IMG/VR virus record: IMGVR_UViG_3300025121_000033
From: a virus
Taxonomy: Duplodnaviria; Heunggongvirae; Uroviricota; Caudoviricetes
Direction: 5' to 3' (one strand)
Length of the DNA stretch: 64,000 nucleotides
The notes under the pieces are model-generated. The model was not told where the DNA came from. It made no database searches and saw nothing but the letters and a program-made list of their open reading frames with translations. Both the position numbers and the translations under genes were made by a program. Of this stretch, positions 47,816 to 56,381 are shown piece after piece (the stretch's first letter is position 1; each line of letters starts with the position of its first letter).

Positions 47816-49567
47816 TTAACTTTTTTGTACTTCTTGTTCTGCCGTGTCTGAGTATTCAAGCGCTACACGGCTAATTTTTACATATCCTTTTGAACTTTCT
47901 TTAAGACACAGCCTTATCTTTCGGCAGCGAGCGTATTTATCATTGGCTTCTTGCGGAACAACCGGGATAACAGCGCACCCTTTATTAGCAGTTAAATTCA
48001 AACCGTACAGTTGACCGCGATCAAGCGATACGAATGGTAAAATAGTATTTCCGCTTTCAGTTTCTACAATAAATCGCTTGGGGTAACTAATCAACTCAAA
48101 ATCTTTATTCAACGTGATATCAGACGACATGATCATAAACGGGATTTCAGCGTTATTATCAGATGTGCCAGTGAGAAAGTCATAAACCGCGTAGTCCACA
48201 CTGCTAGTGAAGACAATTTTATCAGGGTCAGTGCTCGTGATATAATTTTCAAATCTTGAAGCTGGGACATTGATATGGACGAACCAGTTTTCTTGTCTGA
48301 TATTATATTCCAAAACGACATTGCTTAAAGTTTTATAAGTTGAGCCATCAGTGTTATAAAGCGTTACAGTCCCGATTGAGAAGAATAAGTACAGACCTTT
48401 CTTGCCAACGGCGCACGCTTCCAAACCGGCTTGAGTAGCGCCATCAAAATAATCTTGGACTTTAGAAGAAATAAGTTTTGGTTCTCCGCCGGTTGTAGCA
48501 TAAACCCCTGTATAGTGAGTAAAGAACAAAATATTATTTACCTTTATAAATCCATCAGGAGAAACGCAACCAATCTTGGAATCAAAACCAGTAAGGTTGC
48601 TCCCATTCCAGACCATGAAAGAATCTTTATGTGAAACCGCCATCACATCGCCGATGTTAGTAAGAAGATTAATCTGGTTGTTGCTGCCGCCGGTCATCTT
48701 AAAGGAGTCATAGCGCTTGACACTCGTGCCATTAGCAACATCAGCCCATCTAAATACCATGCCGTTTGTGCCATCGTAGGTATTTGCAACCCAAAGTTCG
48801 TCTGAGCTTAGGATATTCGCGCTTAAAGAACTGGCTGTAATAGTAGTTTCAGTCTTAGCGGTGATAGCGATTGTAGCAATTTTAGTCCCACCGCGCACGA
48901 CGTCAAGCGAATCAGTCGCATAAATATATTTTGTATCGGTGACGTCAATCGTGACAGGCGACCCACTCAAAGTAACATCAGCACTCGTGAGGGCCACTAT
49001 CCCAACCGGTTTCGAAGAAAACATAACGCCATTCTTTATACGGCTAGAGCCCAAATAATAATCTGCCACGTAGAGCCTGTCTTTATAATAATTTATCTTA
49101 AAAGCCTTCGGCGATCTGAAAACATGATTAGTGGTAGCGAAAGATGCTGAAGTTGTTACAGTAGTGCCATCAGCGGCGATAAAGCGGTTCACGTCCGTAC
49201 CGTTAACGAGGAAGCAACAGTTCTCGGCGACAGTAGCACTTACTCGCGCTGCTGAAAGTCCTGTGCCAGCACCCGTTAATGCTGTCCAGACACTAGAGTT
49301 ATTTAAATAGTAAACAGTTATGGATGCTCCGACTGTTGTAATCCGATACAAAAATTTGTTAGAAGTAGTGCTCTCAAAATAAAACAAGCCGTAGTTTGCC
49401 AACGGCGTAATGCCAGTACCGAGAGAAGAATAGCCTCGGCGTTTTTCAATACTCCCAATTTTTAATGACCGGACATTTTCAGCATATTCCAACTCAACCT
49501 TCTTTGAAAGGTTATGTTCAACGATGGTGTTAACACCCTCAAAGTATGGAATATTTATCCGAGCCAT
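47816..49567 (-). CDS. Structural (tail/baseplate) protein (583 aa).
   Basis: ORF in the structural operon. Confidence 0.5.
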   Translation of the reverse strand: MARINIPYFEGVNTIVEHNLSKKVELEYAENVRSLKIGSIEKRRGYSSLGTGITPLANYGLFYFESTTSNKFLYRITTVGASITVYYLNNSSVWTALTGAGTGLSAARVSATVAENCCFLVNGTDVNRFIAADGTTVTTSASFATTNHVFRSPKAFKINYYKDRLYVADYYLGSSRIKNGVMFSSKPVGIVALTSADVTLSGSPVTIDVTDTKYIYATDSLDVVRGGTKIATIAITAKTETTITASSLSANILSSDELWVANTYDGTNGMVFRWADVANGTSVKRYDSFKMTGGSNNQINLLTNIGDVMAVSHKDSFMVWNGSNLTGFDSKIGCVSPDGFIKVNNILFFTHYTGVYATTGGEPKLISSKVQDYFDGATQAGLEACAVGKKGLYLFFSIGTVTLYNTDGSTYKTLSNVVLEYNIRQENWFVHINVPASRFENYITSTDPDKIVFTSSVDYAVYDFLTGTSDNNAEIPFMIMSSDITLNKDFELISYPKRFIVETESGNTILPFVSLDRGQLYGLNLTANKGCAVIPVVPQEANDKYARCRKIRLCLKESSKGYVKISRVALEYSDTAEQEVQKS

Positions 49568-49572
49568 AAATT

Positions 49573-50958
49573 TTAAACATTAGTTTCCGCGGCCGGTTCC
49601 CACGAATCTAAATGGTCGCTCTGCTTCACGGACGTAACTTTCATAAGCGATACTCCGGCAGTATAAGCAGTAATATAAACTTGCGTTTCATTTTGGCTCC
49701 GCCCTAATTTAGGACAAGCGCGGTACATCATATAATCCAGTAAGAAATAGAAGTTATTATCAGGGAAATCCACTGTCGAATACATACTGCTAAGCACTGA
49801 CGACTTAGATTTATAATACATGTAATAAACATCAGCCGCTGTTGGGGTTGGGACAAAGCCGATTTTTGTTCCGCGTAAATAGTACTTTGTTAAGCTTATC
49901 GCGTAAGTGTCGTACCGGTAGCCGAGCACTTCTGAAATTGGAATATTATCTATCTTTACACCTTGAGTATCAGTGATTGATACCACATCACCGAAATCAG
50001 TGATAGACAAATCTGTTTCAAGATCATACTCCGTAGTCCCAGACACCGTAGTGATTGTCGCCTGCGACGCGACGCTATATTCATTGTTAACCAAATTTAA
50101 TTCGTTCTTAGCTCTGGCGTACCCTTCGTTTAACCAACGCAGAGCATCAGTGTCCGAAATCAGAGAGCGCTCTTTGTTATTTAGCATGCTGTAGAATGAG
50201 TCCAATATTTTCTTAACTGAATTTTCGGCGAAATCAGCATATGGGATTGCATTAGAGTTGCTGGAAGTAATATTTACCGTTAGTGTACCAGTGCCAAGGG
50301 TGACATTGTTCTCCGCCACACCAGAAGCGTTAGTGACTTCAAAATAATTAGTGCCTACCGCAGTGACAGTAAACGTTCCGTTGTTAGCGACATTAAAATT
50401 TTGGCCGTTTGTCACCACTGAAGACCCAACGTAAACTCTATTGATAATATTAGGGTCTGTCCCAGTCGTGTCATAAGTATACCGATAAGTCGTACCACTT
50501 GTGTTAGTAATGTCGAATTGAGTGGTGGAACCGCCGAGAGAAAGAGACTTATAATAAACAAACCAGCCGAACCCTGTGCTATTGCTGCCATCATTATAGA
50601 CAGTATAAAGCGCATCGGCTTGGATATTAGAAGTCGCGAGAAGTGTAGTCGTAGCGTAAGTAGCGGTTGAAGTCCAGTAAAATTTAACTTGGTTATAAGG
50701 TAAAATGTATACTTTCGTGCTCTCCGGATGAGCGAATAACGTTGTCGCGACAGTGAGAGTATTAGTCGATACCGCGCTGACTTGCACAATTTCACTTGTT
50801 TCTGAACCAAACTCACCGAGCAATAAAGAGTCGCCAATTTGAAAACCGCTGCCGTTAGTTACAACCAAAGATGTGACGCCTGAAGCGTAGTTCGCCGTTA
50901 GATAAGATGATTTAACGCCGTTTAACAGCGCGCTATTATTTGCTTTTAAGATAACCAT
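49573..50958 (-). CDS. Structural protein (461 aa).
   Basis: ORF in the structural operon. Confidence 0.5.
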   Translation of the reverse strand: MVILKANNSALLNGVKSSYLTANYASGVTSLVVTNGSGFQIGDSLLLGEFGSETSEIVQVSAVSTNTLTVATTLFAHPESTKVYILPYNQVKFYWTSTATYATTTLLATSNIQADALYTVYNDGSNSTGFGWFVYYKSLSLGGSTTQFDITNTSGTTYRYTYDTTGTDPNIINRVYVGSSVVTNGQNFNVANNGTFTVTAVGTNYFEVTNASGVAENNVTLGTGTLTVNITSSNSNAIPYADFAENSVKKILDSFYSMLNNKERSLISDTDALRWLNEGYARAKNELNLVNNEYSVASQATITTVSGTTEYDLETDLSITDFGDVVSITDTQGVKIDNIPISEVLGYRYDTYAISLTKYYLRGTKIGFVPTPTAADVYYMYYKSKSSVLSSMYSTVDFPDNNFYFLLDYMMYRACPKLGRSQNETQVYITAYTAGVSLMKVTSVKQSDHLDSWEPAAETNV

Positions 50959-50959
50959 A

Positions 50960-51130
50960 TTAATTGAATTCTATTACACCAACTAACGACGTTTTTTCTA
51001 TAACCCCATCCATATCCGGCAAATCTGCGTCAGCGTATATTGGGGCTCTTTCGCTTCTGCCCTCAAACGAAACAATGGCGCAACCGGCGCTAACAAATAT
51101 CGAATCAATTGTACCGGGAGCGTTTATCAT
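50960..51130 (-). CDS. Small hypothetical protein (56 aa; MINAPGTIDSIFVSAGCAIVSFEGRSERAPIYADADLPDMDGVIEKTSLVGVIEFN).
   Basis: Own translation. Its stop lies 1 nt before the next ATG. It was not in the >=60-aa track. Confidence 0.3.
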   Translation of the reverse strand: MINAPGTIDSIFVSAGCAIVSFEGRSERAPIYADADLPDMDGVIEKTSLVGVIEFN

Positions 51131-51131
51131 T

Positions 51132-51428
51132 TTATTTTTTTGATATTTTTACATTCTTAGCAGCGTTAGCCACTTTGCGCGTTATGACCGCTAATTTTTC
51201 AGTGATAATTGGCAATAAATACTGGGCACCTTCGAATGCCGCTTTGAGCACTAACCTGCCGACTAAAACAACCGCACCTATCCATCCTGACGCTTCAAGA
51301 TTTTCATAAGTAAAAGTCTGAACAGCCATGGTAAATGATACCATGAACCCAGTTAAAAATGTTAAGAAAGAGCTCCACGCATAACGTTTCCAATTCTTTT
51401 TTAATACTGAGAGTGTGAAATTTGCCAT
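51132..51428 (-). CDS. Holin-like two-transmembrane protein (98 aa).
   Basis: Two hydrophobic helices and a charged C-terminus. It lies immediately downstream of the endolysin. Confidence 0.45.
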   Translation of the reverse strand: MANFTLSVLKKNWKRYAWSSFLTFLTGFMVSFTMAVQTFTYENLEASGWIGAVVLVGRLVLKAAFEGAQYLLPIITEKLAVITRKVANAAKNVKISKK

Positions 51429-51434
51429 ATTTTT

Positions 51435-52532
51435 TTATTTAGAAAATAAAGAATTTAACTTAAACCGAGTCGCGGGACCAACTTTTTTACCGTTAACAAT
51501 GTTTAGCTCCCACCAAGACGCAACTTTATACTTGACTTGGAATGCCTTAACCGCCTTTTGCGTAATCACACCATAGTAACCGGTCTCTTTCTGGCGCACT
51601 GGGAACACTCCGTCAATTTTAAGAGCAGTTTGTAATTTCTTTACGTCATCATTATTTTGGCCGAACTTCAAATCGTAATAAAAGTGATGTTTAAATTCCT
51701 GCTCGCTCGGCAAATTATGAACTTCATCCAACAGCTCGTTTGGCAAGTCAATCGCAGTAATCGCTTCGTCGATGAATGGTTTGTATTGTTCATAAAAGAA
51801 AAACCCAGTTCCATTATCAGCCCAATCTTTAGACCACGAATTTAAGAAATAAAATTTTGTAAAACCGCCTTCTTCGCTTGTACGATATCCGTAAAGCCAA
51901 ATCTCATGACCGCTCACAATTTGCGCCGGTGGTCTAATTGGTAAAATATCAGATGCTTTCCATGAATTTTTACCGTTCTTATCAGTCCACCACTCTCTAC
52001 CTACGCGTACAAGAAGCATACAACCCTGTCCGGCGATAATAGCCTGTTTGAGTTCATCACAGCTTAATCCAGCAGTAGCGTAACTCTTAATTTTGTACTT
52101 CGCCGCTTCTTTTATCGCAGCGCTTGGTATGTTTTCAAGTTTACGATTAAAAACGTATTCTTCGTGGGAAAGATCGCAATTATTTGGCACAGTCTTTTCT
52201 GTCGCACAGCCATAATCTTTCGCCGCCTTCATTAAAATCCGCGGATATGTGCCTTCGCCCGGATAATTATCAAAGCATTTTGCTAACGCGTAAAGAAAGC
52301 GCGGGCTTAAATTTAAAATACTTTTTGTTTCAGTCTCTTCCTGTTTTTGGCGATATTTTGCACCCGCGTGACCGACACAAGAGCCAATCGATTTTTGATT
52401 CCAGATCGGTAAATTTTTTATATCGACAAAATATTCCTTCGGTAAATTCTGCGGCGCGCCTAAAACAGCCGTTAATTTGATATCGCGGTAATCTTTAGGA
52501 CTAGGGATACCACCAAAAGAAATTGGTTGCAT
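51435..52532 (-). CDS. Endolysin: papain-like (C1-type) cysteine peptidase domain plus a C-terminal peptidoglycan-binding domain.
   Basis: NQKSIGSCVGHA carries the catalytic Cys (QxxxGSCW-like). SGHEIWLYGY carries the His. NSWSKDWADNG carries the Asn. The C-terminus KKLQTALKIDGVF...GYYGVITQKAVKAFQ is PG_binding_1-like. Confidence 0.55.
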   Translation of the reverse strand: MQPISFGGIPSPKDYRDIKLTAVLGAPQNLPKEYFVDIKNLPIWNQKSIGSCVGHAGAKYRQKQEETETKSILNLSPRFLYALAKCFDNYPGEGTYPRILMKAAKDYGCATEKTVPNNCDLSHEEYVFNRKLENIPSAAIKEAAKYKIKSYATAGLSCDELKQAIIAGQGCMLLVRVGREWWTDKNGKNSWKASDILPIRPPAQIVSGHEIWLYGYRTSEEGGFTKFYFLNSWSKDWADNGTGFFFYEQYKPFIDEAITAIDLPNELLDEVHNLPSEQEFKHHFYYDLKFGQNNDDVKKLQTALKIDGVFPVRQKETGYYGVITQKAVKAFQVKYKVASWWELNIVNGKKVGPATRFKLNSLFSK

Positions 52533-52539
52533 ATAAAAT

Positions 52540-52584
52540 TATTAAAATTGGGTTGGGGTCTTTTGTTATTCCGGTAGACCCCAA
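52540..52584 (-). terminator. Intrinsic terminator of the moron on the - strand: stem ttggggtc / gaccccaa, then a U-rich tail.
   Basis: Perfect 8-bp inverted repeat followed on the - strand by CCCAAUUUUAAUAAUUUU. Confidence 0.5.
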
Positions 52585-52601
52585 ACCGGAAATCGGAGGG
52601 G

Positions 52602-52772
52602 CTACTGAACGGTGGGGTGGGGTTCGTGCGTGGGGTGGGGCGGGTAGGGCGCGCGGTAGTCCTCGGCTTCCATTCCGCAGTTGTCGCAGATGTAGAAGTG
52701 GCGGGCATAGTGTTTCCACTTTCCCCGCGAGCCGAGGTAGCGCATTTTCGCGTCGCATTTCACGCAATTCAT
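52602..52772 (-). CDS. 56-aa zinc-ribbon protein (MNCVKCDAKMRYLGSRGKWKHYARHFYICDNCGMEAEDYRAPYPPHPTHEPHPTVQ) in the GC-rich moron.
   Basis: Own translation in a different frame from track ORF 52501..52872. It is preceded by AAAGGGTGAAAG and has two CxxC pairs. Confidence 0.4.
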   Translation of the reverse strand: MNCVKCDAKMRYLGSRGKWKHYARHFYICDNCGMEAEDYRAPYPPHPTHEPHPTVQ

Positions 52773-52973
52773 CTTTCACCCTTTCTGTTCGTGGGCGTAG
52801 TTGTCGCGGTTCAAGTATTCCCACTCCTTGATACCGAGAGAAACGACGCGCTGTTGTCCACACTTCAAGCACTCAATGGTCGCCTGCGCCTTGTAATCGC
52901 CCAAGAGGGCTTTCACGAAGCGATGTTCGCGCCAGTTGAGGCACTTGGAGCAAACGAACTTCCTGCCTTTCAT
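52773..52973 (-). CDS. 66-aa zinc-ribbon protein (MKGRKFVCSKC...CLKCGQQ) in the GC-rich moron, carrying a strong Shine-Dalgarno sequence.
   Basis: AAGGAGG lies 6 nt upstream of the ATG. The stop overlaps the next start (TGAaagATG). GC content is far above that of the flanking sequence. Confidence 0.45.
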
Positions 52974-53162
52974 GCTCTGCCTCCTTATGCTAATCAGCAC
53001 ACCGCCAATCCCGTTGAGCCACACTCCTGATGTAGCCCAACAGCTTAGCGGAAACTGTTCATATCAATCTTACGATTGACGATGTGCCGATTAGTAATTT
53101 TAAAGAACTGTTGACAACTTTTTTAGAAATATCGTTTTTAGAAGTTGTCTACCGGTTGTAAA

Positions 53163-53531
53163 CTATTTATTTTTCACAGTATCATAAACTATTTTTAAAG
53201 TGGTATCCAATGCGGTTATTCGGTTACTCATCTCGCCCATCATCGCAGACAGATTGTCAATTTTAGTATCCAGTGTATGTATGTGATTCTGTGCCAAAGC
53301 GGTGGCTTCGGATTGTGATTTGCTTAATTCAAGGAACCGTCTTTCGTTTGACTCTTTTTCCCATTGAACTTGTCTGGCTAAAACATCAGCAGTATTCTGA
53401 GCCTCCTTTTCTGCCAAAGCTTGCCGCTTGTCAATTTCTTCTTGTGGCTTGTGGAAGTAAAAAAATATCGAAAATATTACACCGAGCAATCCGATTACGA
53501 ACATTATATTTGATGGCGTTAGCAAGTCCAT
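53163..53531 (-). CDS. Membrane-anchored coiled-coil protein (122 aa; N-terminal transmembrane segment). Could be spanin- or holin-like.
   Basis: Hydrophobic N-terminus followed by a long charged helix. Confidence 0.4.
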   Translation of the reverse strand: MDLLTPSNIMFVIGLLGVIFSIFFYFHKPQEEIDKRQALAEKEAQNTADVLARQVQWEKESNERRFLELSKSQSEATALAQNHIHTLDTKIDNLSAMMGEMSNRITALDTTLKIVYDTVKNK

Positions 53532-53536
53532 ACTAA

Positions 53537-53953
53537 TTAAGCATCTAATAAGTAACCAAACAATTCAAAGGCGCCAGTCTCAGAATCAGCCGTAGCACCA
53601 ACCTGCACCTTTATACCAAGCACGTCAGCAGCCGCAAAGTATTGAGTGTTGGCGTTTGTAGATGTTAATATCATCATTTCTGGTGATGTGTCTACAGTCG
53701 TTAGGGCCGTTGTCCCTTTCCATTCTGTGTACCCAGCTGATTTGCCAACTGAAACCTGGGCTACAACCGTCGGGTTGGTCGATGCTGTTATGCGGACTAT
53801 GGCGTGGGTGATAATAGCAATCTTACCTGTTGGTACGGTGAATAAATTGGTTCCGGCGATTGTTTTCATATCCACACCTGTCGCCGATCCTAATAGATTT
53901 ATAACTGAGGGGACGGTGCTGTTATCGGTGTATGTTACATTTCCTTTGGACAT
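53537..53953 (-). CDS. Hypothetical structural protein (138 aa).
   Basis: ORF. Confidence 0.45.
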   Translation of the reverse strand: MSKGNVTYTDNSTVPSVINLLGSATGVDMKTIAGTNLFTVPTGKIAIITHAIVRITASTNPTVVAQVSVGKSAGYTEWKGTTALTTVDTSPEMMILTSTNANTQYFAAADVLGIKVQVGATADSETGAFELFGYLLDA

Positions 53954-53975
53954 ATAATAATTTTAAAATTTATTG

Positions 53976-56318
53976 CTATATAGCGGTTCTTGCTAATTCT
54001 CTCCAAGCCTGCCCACCAGCAGTAGTAGTAGTAAGAGCCAGTGTCAGGGTATCGTTAGCTGTCATTGAAAAATTAGACGCTCCCGCTAAAAGCACCGTGA
54101 TATCACTACCACTCGTGGCAGTACCGTGATTTATGGTTACACTTTCATTAGCAATCAAAGTAATCTCATGCCCATCTTGATAACCAGTTTTAGTAATCAG
54201 GTTGACCGCAGTTGTACCGGTTAACTCAAACTTATTTCCATCAGTTGGGATAACAATCGTACTTGCCGAAGCAATATCAGTCCCTTGGTTGCCGATAATA
54301 GCTCCATCAAAACGTGAGGCGCCAGCATCTACAAAGATTGAGTATGGACCATTAGCAGGAGTGGTTCCTGCGACCGGTGCAGCCTCGATGTAAAGCGCGG
54401 CAAGGTTCGTTACCACTTCTGAACCTGCTCCATCAGTGATGGTTAATGTATCAATCGAAAGTCCCGCAATTGTGCTATGGGTCCCACTCGATGCTTCTGT
54501 GATTCCACCACCGAGATTCAAATGAGCGATCGCGTTTCCTGCTGCCCCTGTGAACGCGCGGTTAATCTGCAGTGTAAAGTCTGTATCCGGTGTAGTCACC
54601 CCACCACCGATAACCCCGACACCTCTTAAGACATAATTTCCAGCTAAATCAAGAACGCCTGCAGGAGTTAGCGTCATCTTTGTAGTGAGCGACGCTCCGC
54701 CGCCCGCCATGGTCTGCCATACAAATTCTGTACCAACATCCCCAGTTGTCGGGGTAGGATCGTCCACTTGCGCATAAAAACGTGCCGAAAGTGTCGCAAG
54801 GTTCGTGCCGTCAGCGGCATAAAATCCAAGAACACCAAGCTTGTCATTATCTTGCACGACAGTGCTACTGCCTATAGTCGCATTGCGTGATTTTATAAAT
54901 TGAAGTTCAGACGCAAAAGCATCAGCACTAAAGCGACCAAACAAACCAGATGAATCAGGCCCAGCAGTACCAAGCACCTGAAATTCAGGAGCCATGTCTG
55001 TTGTAATTTGTGCCGTATGCCCAATCACTACACCTGTCCCATTCGCGAACAGGGTGTCAGTGTTTGGGGTAAGAGTAATCGAACCTGCGGGAGCAGATAT
55101 ATTTTGCGTGATGACAGTGCCATCAAAACGAGAATCGCCAGAGCCGACCCAAAGAGCGTAATTATTTGTAAGCGTCACCGAGGCCCCTGCTGTCATCGCG
55201 CCTTCAATAAATACAGTAGCGGCATCCGTAACAACCACAGCACCACCCGATTGATTGATTGTTTTACCCATCAAAACCGCCGTTCCGATAAGGCCTGTGG
55301 TGATATTGGTGGTCTTTCCGAGCGTTACGACATTCCCACCTGCCAATAAATCACCGATAGTAGCATCAGCCGAAGACTGATAAATAGTATTATCTTCTGT
55401 TCCCAAAGTGAGTGAAACCAAAGTACCAAACTCAACCAAATTGCTTGCGGCGGTCGGTGCATTTATGCTTGCACCCGAAGCATTGGTAATCGTGCGGACA
55501 AGGGTTGTGGAGGTAAGTGAATGGTTGTCGATAACCAAGGAAACAAAATTATCAAGCGTAGCCGTCTGATTGCCAAGATTCAAATTTCCATTTGTCCCAT
55601 CACCACTGATAAGCAAACCAAATCTGTATGTAGCCGCACCGATTCCGTTCGCAATGCCGGGCATAAAAATCTGTTGCTGTTGTGCGGTGAGGTGGCTGGA
55701 CTCATTGGAATCCTGTGTACTGCCGAGTGTTAAAGCAGCGTGACCCGTACCGTTTGCGCTACGCACCGCAATAAATTGCCCTGCAGATGTCTGTAAAGTC
55801 CCAACTCCGTTGGTAATCGAAACATCACTTAAATTGACATAAGCTCCAAAAAATCCAGAGGCTCCTGAGGAAGGTCCAGTAAGAGTAAAGGTTCCGTCAA
55901 GAGACAAAAATGCCGATTGGGAATTGCCTGTCGCCGTATAGTCGTTAGAATGGTCAACCATCAATATAGCCTCATTAGGTTGTATCGTGGAGATAGACGT
56001 AAGAAACAAATTTCCCTGAGTCGTAACCCTGAAAACCTCCGTCGTTCCAAGCGTTCCACCATACGCACTAATAAAATCTGTATTATTCCATCCTGTAACA
56101 TTGGTTTCCGTAACAACCATCTTAATACCACGGAAATAATCTGAACCACCTGCAGCACCTGCGTCATTGAGAGTTGCGGCAAGGCTAAGAATTTTATCAT
56201 TTGTACCGCCAGAGGTAAATGTTGACGATAAAACAAGAGTATCATTCGCGATTCTCTGAGTAATGTTTGTCCCAGACCTCTTAAAAGGAGGCCACATTGT
56301 TACGACAGGAAGTCCCAT
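53976..56318 (-). CDS. 780-aa beta-helix/fibre-like structural protein.
   Basis: Gly/Thr/Ala/Ser-rich repetitive sequence. Confidence 0.5.
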   Translation of the reverse strand: MGLPVVTMWPPFKRSGTNITQRIANDTLVLSSTFTSGGTNDKILSLAATLNDAGAAGGSDYFRGIKMVVTETNVTGWNNTDFISAYGGTLGTTEVFRVTTQGNLFLTSISTIQPNEAILMVDHSNDYTATGNSQSAFLSLDGTFTLTGPSSGASGFFGAYVNLSDVSITNGVGTLQTSAGQFIAVRSANGTGHAALTLGSTQDSNESSHLTAQQQQIFMPGIANGIGAATYRFGLLISGDGTNGNLNLGNQTATLDNFVSLVIDNHSLTSTTLVRTITNASGASINAPTAASNLVEFGTLVSLTLGTEDNTIYQSSADATIGDLLAGGNVVTLGKTTNITTGLIGTAVLMGKTINQSGGAVVVTDAATVFIEGAMTAGASVTLTNNYALWVGSGDSRFDGTVITQNISAPAGSITLTPNTDTLFANGTGVVIGHTAQITTDMAPEFQVLGTAGPDSSGLFGRFSADAFASELQFIKSRNATIGSSTVVQDNDKLGVLGFYAADGTNLATLSARFYAQVDDPTPTTGDVGTEFVWQTMAGGGASLTTKMTLTPAGVLDLAGNYVLRGVGVIGGGVTTPDTDFTLQINRAFTGAAGNAIAHLNLGGGITEASSGTHSTIAGLSIDTLTITDGAGSEVVTNLAALYIEAAPVAGTTPANGPYSIFVDAGASRFDGAIIGNQGTDIASASTIVIPTDGNKFELTGTTAVNLITKTGYQDGHEITLIANESVTINHGTATSGSDITVLLAGASNFSMTANDTLTLALTTTTAGGQAWRELARTAI

Positions 56319-56381
56319 ATAATTTTTAGTATTACCGGAATGGTTACCGTATAACCGGGATGGATACCGTATTAATTAAAA

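Noticed and set aside
52501-52872. Track ORF of 123 aa (- strand) across the GC-rich island.
   Set aside because: Wrong frame. The same strand contains an SD-led 56-aa zinc-ribbon ORF (52602..52772) in another frame. High GC content suppresses stop codons and produces the long spurious ORF.
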